A DNA stretch of 64,000 nt from contig NC_043017.1 of assembly GCF_006345805.1 (NCBI RefSeq), positions 30,194,001 to 30,258,000 of the forward strand. The letters are read 5' to 3'. The notes below the pieces were generated by a model that was not told where the DNA came from, searched no databases, and saw nothing but the letters and a program-made list of their open reading frames with translations. The DNA is from Octopus sinensis (Eukaryota). Positions 12,500-24,452 of the stretch are shown piece after piece (the stretch's first letter is position 1; each line of letters begins with the position of its first letter). A program made the position numbers and the translations under genes.

Positions 12500-14024
12500 T
12501 ACATGCACACATACGCACTTTTTCACCCAACCTCACCACTCACATAGAGGTGGTAAGAGCATGCGTGTGAATTTTTCTCTAACCCTACAAGGATGGCTAC
12601 CCATTAGCGTATTTTTGTAAGTGCTTTCTTTATCCGTGTTAATAACTTTAGCATGAAAAAGAAAAATATCTTCACCTCATCTCAAAACATCTCTTCACAA
12701 CCAACTCAAATTCGTTGCTCCTCAAATATATTTAATCCTTCATCGATATCTTCTTTTTTTTTTTCCCTCTTTGTTAATCTCCAGATTAGTTGGACTGTTG
12801 CATTCGTGCTGAATCCCAACTAATCCCCAGTCACTCGGTTCTATGACCCCACACGTCCATTTTCAATTCTTGCCTGCAGTAATTTCAGATAATTTATGTC
12901 GAACTAATTAATGCCTTTAGGAGAAAACGAGCAATATTGTTCACACATGCAATTTCCTGTCGCTCCATTATTGCACTGGAAACTATGCTACATTTTCATA
13001 AACCGTGTCTGCATAGTATTAATTTTCTTTCTACTTAATATTACTGGCCATGAAATGAAAGAGTCTTAGATGCTGCTCCATTCCGTTTATAGTTATTAAT
13101 GTACAGTATGAGTTGTGAGGATTCTTTTCCGGTATTTATAGAAATCAAAAGGATATGATTCAACTCAGTGTGGCGACATGCTTTTGTAATAATTCCAAAT
13201 GTTTTCTGAAACGATCGGCTTAGAAAAATTATACGTTCATTAGATTTAATATATAAATCAAATAATGACATGTTTGATTTTGTTTAGCCTCTCTGACCTC
13301 AGCTCCACTTACAAATTGTTCGATGATGTTTGTTCTTTACAACCCTTTTTCTTTTTTTAGATTTTCACGCTACCATCTTTGAAACAGTTTTATTCTGAAA
13401 TTAGATTGGTTCGGTGACATATGGATCTAATAGAAAAGGTTTCCCTGAAAACAAACATATAACAAATGTGATAAAATATAAATCGCGAGAAAAATCAATG
13501 AGTATTTTGTTGGCGGATTCAAGATTTGGAATTACAAACCAACAAAAAAATATATATATAAATGAATAAAATAAAAAGAAATTGTGAAAAATAAAGAAAA
13601 TAATTTTGTTTGGACAAATTTAATTTTCTGACGATTATTTTTTTCTTTTTAATTGCTAAATTAAAAAAAAAATCAAAAATAAAAGTATGTTTCATAAACT
13701 CGTTGGATCCCTGTCAAGTACTTGCTTCCCCGAGTTTAAAATTTATTGAGAGCCTGATTAAGAGTTTTAATAACAATTGGAAAATTTTGAGTGGATTGTT
13801 AACAGAAATGTTAGAGTGTCGGTTTAAATGAATTAAACTAGTTAGTATCAATTCACTTAGTTTTAATTCCAAATTCTATAGGAATAAACATCACATTTTA
13901 TGAAGACTCTTATTTACATGAAAACTAAGTAACAGTAAAATATTACAGTTTTATCCTTAAACTTCAGATCAGCTGTAAATCAGTATATTATGTGGTAAAA
14001 CGTTGTAATATATTTTTTCTCTGG

Positions 14025-14440
14025 GTGCGGTAAAGGAGGAATTTCAACCGTGTTTCGTGATCTGCTACCAAAACAGCTCCTTCATAGGATCCAGTTAGCT
14101 CAAGACATCATCAGGAGGAACCACGTCCGGTTTCGTCTCCTACTCCTCTACCGTTTTGACGTGGCACCCCCCCCCACACTTTCGGATGTGTCTTCAGCTC
14201 TGGTGCTGGGTGCATGACTTATTTCTTCTGTTCCCCGGCCTCTTCGATGTCGCATCAACGAGTGTCAGCGGGCTACTGTCTATCTTGTCAAATTTCCCTT
14301 TAAATACCAGCTGCCAGGCTCCAGCAGGCGGCTCCAGTAACTTTAACTGACCAACGAACGGCACATTCTCTAAATGTGCATTCTCTAAACGAGACTGTCA
14401 CCTGTCAATCAGTGTCAGCTTGTCTCACCTAGAGATGTTA
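14025..14440. repeat. GC-richer unclassified segment, possibly a Penelope-like or LTR relic
   Basis: Abrupt GC rise against flanks; degraded hammerhead-like motif on the minus strand at 14041-14090. Confidence 0.25.
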
Positions 14441-15179
14441 TTTTCCGCCGGCATGTTATGACTTTCAAGCCATATTTGGTATTCCCGCTTTAGCCATATA
14501 TAGAAGCTGGCTTTTTTGACCGCCTCCTGTACTCTCCTTATTAGATTTCTCGGTTCCAAGCTAAGATTTTCTAAGGTTGCGTATCTTGGTAGGGTAAACA
14601 TTCAGCTAATTCTAGCAGGTCAAGCAAAATTATAGTTGTTGCACTCATTGGCTCGATTATGTATCAGTAGTACACTGAATTCGGGTTAATCGATTGTAAG
14701 TTTTCTTTATAACCATATTCGTGGTGCCAGGAAACGTAAATTAATATAAATACGTGCATCTATAATAACTTCGGCAGCATGCTGTTCCCAGACGGACACG
14801 ATTTGACCAATGGTTTCCTAGTGAAGCTAGAGAATATTTGCGTGCATGCACGTTGTGTATGCGACTGCGCGCGTGTGTGTACATTTTACTATATTCACAC
14901 ATGTCAAGTACATGGTTACGTTGTGTTCCTCCATGTTAAAAATATAACAGATTTAGATACAGGAGGACCGACTGCTCGTGTATATACATAATGCGTGTAT
15001 ACATGTGAATAGTCTGACAAGATACAGATGTGCGAGAGAAATAACAACAACAATAAGAAGAAGAAGAAAAAAGAAAAATGAGGAGGAGAAGAATAATCAT
15101 CTAGTATTTCACACTTTCTCTTTTTCTTTCCCACTGTCTTTCTTTCCTTATCTCCTTTTCTATCTCCCTTATCTCCCAT

Positions 15180-15228
15180 ACACACACACATATATATGTA
15201 TATACATGTATACATACACATGCATATA

Positions 15229-15297
<69 letters not shown>

Positions 15298-15298
15298 G

Positions 15299-15331
<33 letters not shown>

Positions 15332-15570
15332 TATAGATAGATACGTGTACCGCGTTTCGTTATACAAATATGGTAGCGTTAAATATAATTGAGTATAAAG
15401 GACAGTGAATTATATATATATATATACATACATATATGTATGTATATACATGTATATATATATATATGTGTGTGTGTATGTATGTGTATATATATACATA
15501 CATATATGTATGTATATACATGTATATATATATGTGTGTGCATGTATGTGTGTATATATATATATATATA
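15180..15570. repeat. Compound (CA)/(TA)/(GATA)/(TG) microsatellite
   Basis: Direct reading. Confidence 0.95.
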
Positions 15571-16204
15571 TAAAGAGGGAGGGCGAGTGATAAACAATTG
15601 AATCGATATATAAAACTGATGTCAACTAAGATTAATAACACAAATGGGTGTAAAATTATAATTAAAACAAACGTATATCCGTAAATAAAATATAAGAGAT
15701 GCAGAAAAAAGAAAAAAATATAAGAATTAAAGTCTGAAACGAGGATTGTTAAGCTACCCATAAGGTATCTGAAAATGGATAATTTGAGGCGAAACAAGTA
15801 CAGCGTCTGTTTTTGTGATACAAAACATCCATGTCAGCAAGCGTGCATTTGTGTATATCAGGAATTTCTACGCAAATTCCAATCAATCTTGATTGGTTAA
15901 ACTGCGGGTAATGTGACGCTCAGCGGAACGTATTTGAAAGCAAACTTCTTAATCAGAGAGATAGCACACTGGCTATGTCTCTCTTTCTCTCTATCTCTCT
16001 CTCTCTCTCTCTCTTTCATTCGCTCATTCTTCCTTTGTGTCATGTATGTGATGACCGTTAGATTGTATCTCGGTGTAATTCTCGTGTTCAGCTTTGTGAA
16101 CGCAATAAAATGACTGTTGAGAATTAAGCTAAAGGTACACATGTCTGTGAAACATTGACCCACTTGCACTGTAATTTGATGAGCAGCTGCTTCAGTAGAG
16201 TGAG

Positions 16205-16352
16205 CAGCTGAAAACTAATTGCTGAATCAAGTCAAACGCACAAATATCCATCTCTCTATCTATCTGTCTATCTATCAGTCTATCTATCTCTATCTATCTA
16301 TCCATCTCTCTACTTACCTCTCTATCTGTCTCTCCATCTACCTATCTGACAT

Positions 16353-16388
<36 letters not shown>

Positions 16389-16942
16389 CCTATCGATCTA
16401 TCTATCTATCAATCTATCTATCTATCTACCTATGTGTCATTCTATCTATCTATCTATCTATCCATCGATCTATCTATCTATCGATCTAGCTATTTATCTA
16501 TCACTACACACACATGAATAGACACGCAACACTCACCACAAACTCAAATACACAAACACACAGACACACACACATACATATAAACACATACAGATACAAA
16601 CAAACACACAAACACAGAAACACATACACACAGAAACACATACACACAGAAACACATACACACAGAAACACATACATACAGAAACACATACATACAGAAA
16701 CACACAAAAACACAGACACATACACACAAACACGCACACACACACAGACACATACAAAATCACACACACACTAACAAACACAAACAGACAGATATATGTA
16801 TCTTCTATATTTTATCTTTTACGTATTTCAGTCTTCCGACAGTGGCCATGCTGTAGCACCACCTTCTATAGTTTTACCCAAATAAATCTGTCTCTAGCAA
16901 TTCATTTCTTTCTAATCTGATAGTTTTCCTGACAAAATCTTT
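16205..16942 (+). repeat. Left arm of local inverted duplication (contains (TCTA)n and CA-rich tracts)
   Basis: Unique spacers cagctgaaaactaattgctgaatcaagtcaaa and tatcttctatattttatcttttacgtatttcagtcttccgacagtggccatgctgtagcacc recur reverse-complemented at 18722-19114. Confidence 0.85.
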
Positions 16943-17003
16943 AACCAAACCGATAAGTGACGAGGATATAAACTCATAGCTATATGTGTGTATGTATTTA
17001 TGT

Positions 17004-17397
17004 GGAATGGAATGGAAGCACTCCGTCGGTTACGACGACGAGGGTTCCGGTTGATCCGAATCAACGGAACAGCCTGCTCGTGAAATTAACGTGTAAGTGG
17101 CTGAGCACTCCGCAGACACGTGTACCCTTAACGTAGTTCTCGGGGATATTCAGCGAGACACAGAGAGTGACAAGGCCAGCCCTTTGAAATACAGGTACAA
17201 CAGAAACAGGAAGTAAGAGTGAGAGAAAGTTGTGGTGAAAGAGTACTGCAGGGATCACCACCATCCCCTGCCGGAGCCTATTGGAGCTTTAGGTGTTTTC
17301 GCTCAATAAACTCTCACAACGCCTGGTCTGGGAATCGAAACTACGATCCTATGACCGCGAGTCCGCTGCCCTAACCACTGGGCCATTGCGCCTCCAC
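17004..17397 (-). mobile_element. SINE family C (tRNA-derived head, (TTCCA)n tail), full length
   Basis: Head tggcccagtggttagggc...gtttcgattccc (A and B boxes); 13-bp TSD tatgtatttatgt at 16991 and 17398. Confidence 0.9.
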
Positions 17398-17434
17398 TAT
17401 GTATTTATGTATGTATGTTAAGAATAAGCTATTT

Positions 17435-17965
17435 GAGCAGGTTGATCCTTTCATCTACCTTGGAAGCTCTGTAGAAAGTGATTGAAATCTGGATATAGAA
17501 ATATTTCTGCGAATTCCAAGGGCATTACAAGCATTTAGTGGTTCGGAGTAACGCGTTTGGCGCCAACGGTATATAAATAACAATACAAAATCCCCTCTTT
17601 ACAAATCCATCTTGCTATCATCCCTGTCGTATTCTTCTAAAACATGGACATATAATGAAAGACATTTTAAATTCTTAGAACAATTCCACCAAAAACACCT
17701 TCATCGCATTTTAAACATTAAATGGAGTTCTTTTACTCCAAACACGCATGTCTTTGCATCTGCAGGCATCACCTTAATTAAAGCAATGATTTTGAAAAAC
17801 CAAATGGAATGGTGTGGCCATATTGTTCGAATGACGTTTGAACGCCCACCCACACAGCTTTTTTACGGCGGGCTTGCGGAAGGGAAATGCAATTGGTGAA
17901 AACCTAAAAAAAAACCGTTAATGGATGGCATATGGAATATCATGAAGTTATTGGAATGGATACAG
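17435..17965 (+). mobile_element. Decayed RTE-clade LINE, C-terminal ORF2 fragment
   Basis: EQVDPFIYLGS...LSYSSKTWTY...LEQFHQKHLHRILNIKW...QMEWCGHIVRM matches the RTE YLGS/LLYGSETWT/WxGHxxRM pattern; in-frame stops. Confidence 0.85.
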
Positions 17966-18092
17966 GGGACATGGAATAAATTTACTCTAGTATTTCAAAA
18001 TATTTTTATGTAATTTTAGTAAATTTATATGTTAAAATGAGATGTCAGTGTTATTTTCATTTGTGCGAAATTTAAACGACAGCTTATTCACC

Positions 18093-18491
18093 GCTGTGTG
18101 GTAAGTAGCTTGCCTACCAACCACATGGTTCTGGGTTCAGTCCCACTGTGTGGCACCTTGGTCAAGTGTCTTCTGCTATAGCCTCGGGCCGACCAATGCC
18201 TTGTGAGTGGATTTGGTAGACGGAAACTGAAAGAAGCCTGTCGTATATATGTATATATTTGTATATATGTGTATGTGTGTGTGTTTGTGTTTGTTCCTCT
18301 AGCATTGCTTGACAACCGATGCTGGTGTGTTTACGTCCCCGTCACTTAGCAGTTCGGCCTAAGAAACCGATAGAATAAGTACTGGGCTTACGAAGAATAA
18401 GTCGCGGGGTCGATTTGCTCGACTAAAGGCGGTGCTCCAGCATGGCCGCAGTCAAATGACTGAAACAAGTAAAAGAGTAAAGAGTAAAAGA

Positions 18492-18492
<1 letters not shown>
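18093..18492 (+). mobile_element. SINE family A
   Basis: Near-full structure, first bases of head lost. Confidence 0.9.
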
Positions 18493-18527
<35 letters not shown>

Positions 18528-18721
18528 CCAGAATCGTTGCTGCTAAGCAGCACCTCGAGCAACTATCTTCTACGGTCCACTGTGCAAAGGAGAGCGGAAG
18601 AGGCGTAACTATTGATTTCTAATTTTGGAAGACGGCCCGCAATTTCCGAGTTGGTTGTGTGTCGGTTGCATCGACACCATTGTTTAACTGCTACCTATTT
18701 TTCATCGACCTCTAAAGCGTG

Positions 18722-18924
18722 AAAGATTTTGTCAGAAAACTATCAGGATTAGAAATGAATTATCGAAAGCGGTGCTACAGCATGGCCACTGTCGGAAGAC
18801 TGAAATACGTAAAAGATAAAATATAGAAGATACATTTATCTGTCTGTGTGTGTGTGTCTGTGTGTGTGTATGTTTGTGTGAATTTGTGGGGAGTGTTGCG
18901 TGTCTATCCATGTGCGTGTAGTGG

Positions 18925-18993
<69 letters not shown>

Positions 18994-19114
18994 CAGACAG
19001 ACAGACAGACAGACAGACAGATAGATAGATAGACAGATAGATAGACAGATAGATAGATAGATAGATAGATAGATTGTGTGCCTTTGACTTGATTCAGCAA
19101 TTAGTTTTCAGCTG
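18722..19114 (-). repeat. Right arm of local inverted duplication (with (GGCA)n(GACA)n(GATA)n)
   Basis: Reverse complement of the 16205-16942 unique spacers. Confidence 0.85.
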
Positions 19115-19352
19115 AAATCAACATCCCCGGCTGATTTGAACTCAAACTTAAAGACGAACGAAATGTCACTAAGCGTTTTGCCCGTCCCGGTAACGATTCT
19201 GCCAACGAAAGAATCCGACTTAACTTTCTTTGTGTCATTGACTCAATATGCAAGTTCAAATTCTACATTATGTTATACATAAGGCATACATTGAATATAC
19301 ACAACATGTTTTGAGATGAATAGAATTGGGTTATCGTCAAGAATATTTCAAT

Positions 19353-19406
19353 ATGGCGGCTCTTTGTGCTGTTTTCATTCTGATAGGGAACCAATTGTCA
19401 ACGTCG
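19353..19406 (+). CDS. Candidate start exon (MAALCAVFILIGNQLSTS)
   Basis: ATG inside YY1-like caatatggcggc, open to donor TCG|gtgaga; no partner exon found. Confidence 0.2.
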
Positions 19407-21699
19407 GTGAGATAATATCATGGTTACAGTTTAAAATCGAAATAGAAAGAAAAATATTGCCACTTACACTTGATCGTTTCAATAATATAAAATATCATTT
19501 AAGACACCAATTACCATAAATAATATTAAATAGCATCAAATACCATTAAGTAATATAGGAAAAGAATTTCGTCAGTTTAAGTGTACATAGAAGTGAAGAA
19601 CAGAAATGTGTTGCTTACTTCTAACGTTATCAGCGTTTGTAATATTACACACATAGTAGTGAAACAAACAGATATGTCAGCAGAATTATACCTTTAAGGC
19701 TTAATACGGGGGAAGATGTGGCGTAATATAATATTACATGATGTTTGCTTGAGTAACACATTTGTGATACTAGATTAGCCATTTGAATATATGTGAAATT
19801 GGATAATAAGAATAAGAAAAATCCAGCAGCAATGATAGATTCTGAATCGAGTGTAAGAAGGACAATCTTCCTTTTAATTGAGATAGATTTGGTGGCATAC
19901 GTTAAGGAGAAAAAAAAAGCGGTGTTAAGAATCAATTCCCATAAGTCAGATTAATGAAGGGTAAATTGTGAAGAGAATAGATCACAATTCTACCAACGTG
20001 TGAAAACAATATTGAAATACTTGGATACTCCATGAGAAAGTATAGAGAGTATACAGCTATTTCATTTGATCAAAGAAATCTAAACTTTTATATTTGAAAA
20101 TAATATTTGCAGAAAACTACCTTATAACAATAGAATATATAATATAAGGCCTTTTCTTTCATACTGGAAAATAAAATAATGAGGGGAAATTTAGTCTCTT
20201 TTGAATTACTGCTAATGGTATTACGCCTGGCTTCTCCCAGATACTCTTCCGCTATTCATGAAGGAGAGACAGGCACCGAATGTTTAATCAGATGATAAAT
20301 AAAGATGCCATCCCTTTACGTTCGAACGGAAAGTATCGATTGTAACATGATATTATGAAATACTATCTTTATCACTATAAGCAGCTGCTGAAAACTTTAT
20401 TCAGGACATGAATCACACATAATGGTAAAACGCTTTTGTATGAAGTATGTACGGATCATTGGCGGTAAGGACAATCATTCGCAGAAACAGAAGACAATAG
20501 AAAACCTTACTCTAGGTACACTGCTGAGGATTTTGGATAATGTTGGAATATTATCGGAACGTACTACATTAGGCAGCACCTACTCTACAACTGGGACGAT
20601 ACCAAAATGGTTAGCGTAGCCCCTGCGCAATTATATGGCAACAATCTTTGTTTTTCTGTGTGTGTTTGATAGAGAGAGAGAGATATATACCAACGCTTCG
20701 CAACTGGAATTTAGTAGTTTGGCAAAAGAGACTGGTTGAATAAATACCAGCTTTAAAAATCAAATACTAGGATCGATTCGTTCGTCTGAAATTCTTCATG
20801 GCAGTGCCCGAGCATAACCGCAGTCTAATGACTGAAACTAGTAAATGGTAAAAGATAAAGAAAAAAATAATAAATCCTCATAACAAAATCGGTGCAAACG
20901 AAATAGTATTTATGCTAATGTGTTTGACAGAGGATATCTTCCCAGCATAAGTGCTGGACCCGACTAAATATCCAGAAGAGAGAAATGATGCAAATCTTCT
21001 CTTTCTCTCCTTGCTAGACGTCCTCTTATAATTCTATAATTATATCTTTATTAGTCTATGCAATGGCATATTTGAATAAACGCCTGGAAATTTTGGCGTT
21101 TTCTAAGAGAAACAGATCAAGATAAATCTCATTCTTCAAATCCAGTCCATTAGTGATTCGGTAAGTATATGCAAGACATTCCAAAGACTGTCCATTTGAT
21201 TCGTCTTGAGAAATACATAGACACCAGCAGCGTATATATATATATATATATATGCATACGGCCGATACATGAAAAGCAACAACACACTGGAGTACTAAAG
21301 AGACATGTGCATATATTAGAGGCTTGCAAACAGCTCCACACACATACTGATATATAGCCACACGATAACTTACTCAAATAATGATAAATGCTTGGAACGA
21401 ACTGTCTTGAGTCAAACAAAGAAGCTTTGTCACATTGTTGGTGATGGAATAGAATTCTGCAAATAATTTAAATAAATCTAAAAGAATAGATAAACATACG
21501 TCTATAGGAAAATTAGGCGGACGCATATTTGCTAGAGACAGACGACACATATCAGATATAAGCAGTTAATGCAGTAAAGACGTAGTTAATAAAGTAGATA
21601 CAAGAAAGCAGTGTAAAATGAAGGAGAATGAAAGAAGGAAAAAAATTGAAGAGGAAAAGAAAAAGACAATGGGAATTGACAAAGAATTAAACAATACGG

Positions 21700-21955
21700 C
21701 AAGGAGGAGAAGGAGGTGGAGGAGAAGGAGAAGAAGAAGAAGAAGAAGACGAAGATGGAGAAGAAGGAGAAGGAGAAGAATGAGAAGGAGAAGGAGAAGA
21801 ATGAGAAGGAGAAGGAGAAGAATGAGAAGGAGAAGGAGAAGAATGAGAAGGAGAAGAAGAAGAAGAAGAAGACGAAGATGGAGAAGAAGGAGAAGACGGA
21901 GGAGAAGGAGAAGAATGAGAAGGAGAAGGAGAAGAAGAAGAAAAAGAAGCGGGTT
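21700..21955. repeat. Purine-rich (GAA/GGA/GAG) tract with 18-nt higher-order unit
   Basis: gagaaggagaagaatgag-type unit about four times; nearly all purines on the + strand. Confidence 0.95.
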
Positions 21956-22448
21956 GAATAAAAAGACAAACTACGAAAGACAAAAGGCGTAGGTGACGGA
22001 AGAAACAAAAGAAAATTGAAGAAACATCTACGAAAGTAGGAAAACAATCAGAAGATATATGTCAAAAGACAGACATTGTATTAAGAAGACAGTATAAAAA
22101 TGAACTTTAAGAACTGTTCCCATTGTTATGACTGACCCAGCATTTATGCTAACTATTCAGGCGTATATTGCTACTGTCTATTGCTTTACAAACATTCCTG
22201 ATTTATTTTCATGTAATGTTCACATATACGACAAATGTATTAGATCTCAAATGAGTAGAACATATTTTTCACTGGTAATTATTCTGTATGTGAATATATT
22301 TGCCTAAATATATGCATTTGTGTCAGATATTTAGCTCTCAGAAAATTCAGATTATCTTTTGAAATGGTAAAGCATAGCAAGAAGATTCATAAACTAGACA
22401 GCCAATGACAATCAAAAAAAAAAGGAGCAGTTACTCTCTCTCTCTCTC

Positions 22449-22857
22449 ACTCTATTACTTGTTTCAGTCATTTGACTGCGGCCATGTTGGAGCACCGCCT
22501 TTAATCGAGGAACTCGACCCCGGGACTTATTCTTTGTAAGCCCAGGACTTATTCTATCGGTCTCTTTTTGCCGAACCGCTAAGTGACGGGGACGTAAACA
22601 CACCAGCATCGGTTGTCAAGCAATGCTAGGGGGACAAACACAGGCACACACACACACACACACACACACATACATACGTATATATACATATATACGACAG
22701 GCTTCTTTCAGTTTCCGTCTACCAAATCCACTCACAAGGCATTGGTCGGCCCAGGGCTATAGCAGAAGACACTTGCCCAAGATGCCGCGCAGTGGGACTG
22801 AACCCGGAACCATGTGGTTGGTTAGCAAGCTACTTAGCACACAGCCACTCCTGCGCC
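22449..22857 (-). mobile_element. SINE family A
   Basis: Full structure, reverse strand. Confidence 0.9.
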
Positions 22858-23320
22858 TATGATCTTAATGATCTTTTCTACTCTAGACACAGGGCCTGAA
22901 AGTTGGAAGGAAAGCTGAGTAAGTCGATTACATCGACTGGTATTTATTTTATAGACCATGAAATGATGAAAGGCAATGTAAGCCTTGAAAATATTTGCTG
23001 TAGCCTATCTTTTATACCAAGACAAATCAATGTACATGATAACACTTTCAAACATTTAAGATAAAAAGCCACGAGAGTCGTTGCCTCGTCCTACATCGGG
23101 TCTATTATTATTATTATTATTTTATGCTATTTATTTTATCAAACATGAAATAATGAAAGGCAAAGTAGGCCTCGGCTGGTATTTGGGCTCGGAACTTAAA
23201 AAGGGAAATGCAGCTAAATACTTTGCCTAGCGAGCTAACGATTGTGCTAGCTCAAGTGCCATTAAAAATAATAAAAACAACAGCAATAATAATAATAATA
23301 ATAATAAAAAAATAATAATA

Positions 23321-23518
23321 GAAAATTCTAACTGGGCCCCACCTGCAAGTTCATGTGCTGTTTATCTTGACAGGAGATCACCATGTCACGCACATTTGGT
23401 TGTGATGCATGTGCCTGGTGTACCCTTATCAGACGGGTAGCCATGATGGGTATATTGGGCTTCGTATATTTTACCCCAGTGTCACTTTGATGGCATGAAC
23501 TGCTCTCTCACTCAATAA

Positions 23519-23550
<32 letters not shown>

Positions 23551-24047
23551 GCTCTCGTGGCTTTTGATCTTAACTGTTCGAAAATGTTATCATGTACATT
23601 GTTTTGTCTTGGTATAAAAGATGGGCTACAATAAATATTCTGCTCAATACCACAGATTTGCTTGTCAGTTGACCTTAACCAGTTGAGCATGTACCTTGGT
23701 GGCTGACGTTATGTGCACCTCTGATCACGAGCAGAAGTAGTGGGGGTGGCATCATAGCCATGTGTTGAAAGGAAACACAAACTTAAATAACACTTATTCA
23801 AAGATTATTTGAGCGTGACGAGCTACTCGACATGAAGAAAATTCTAACTGGGCCCCACCTTCGAGGTGATACGCTATTTACATTGATATGAGTTCACTAT
23901 GTCGCACACATATGGTTGTGATGCATGTGCCTGGTATACCCTTATCAGACGGATAGACACGATGGGCATACTGGGCTTCATATATTTTACCTCAGCATCA
24001 CCTTCATGGCATGCACTGCCATAATAATAATAATAATGATAATAATA
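23321..24047 (+). mobile_element. Unclassified (TAA)n-tailed retroposon: 3' fragment 23321-23540 and longer copy 23552-24047
   Basis: Shared gaaaattctaactgggccccacct...gatgcatgtgcctggt...ggcatg block at 23321 and 23837, each ending in (TAA)n. Confidence 0.65.
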
Positions 24048-24048
24048 A

Positions 24049-24452
24049 AAAGATCTTGAAATAGAATTTAGCAAAATGTGGAACCTGAAGACTAAAACAA
24101 TACCTGTTGCCATAGGTGCTATGGGAATGATAGCAAAAGGGGCTGATTGCTACCTAGCTCAGATACCAGGAAACCCCAAAATGGCAGAAATTCAAAAGAT
24201 AGTGCTCATGGGAACTGCTCATATCCTACGCAAAATACTTTCTATGTAATCTCAAGTTTTAAAACAAACATAATTTTCTTATGGTTTCTTAAACATTCTC
24301 TAGAACAACACTATGTACAAAACCTAATATATGGGACCCTACGCATAACGCCAACACGAAGTTCCAACTCGTTGTCTCTTGAGGTCTCTGGGTGAGACTT
24401 GGTGCCAACTTGTACAAATGTAAAGCAAAATTCAAGCATAAAATAATAATAA
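24049..24452 (+). mobile_element. R4/Dong-clade non-LTR retrotransposon, 5'-truncated C-terminal fragment plus 3' UTR
   Basis: 24049-24249 encodes KDLEIEFSKMWNLKTKTIPVAIGAMG...IQKIVLMGTAHILRKILSM*, the R4/Dong C-terminal pattern; flanked by (TAA)n. Confidence 0.8.

Noticed and set aside
17330-17397. tRNA gene
   Set aside because: tRNA-like head of SINE C with A and B boxes but no complete cloverleaf; the anticodon could not be assigned, so no match to the named OK/OR1/OR2 octopus families is claimed
21586-22047. Poly-Arg, poly-Glu/Lys and poly-Ser/Phe ORFs
   Set aside because: Translations of the purine tandem repeat
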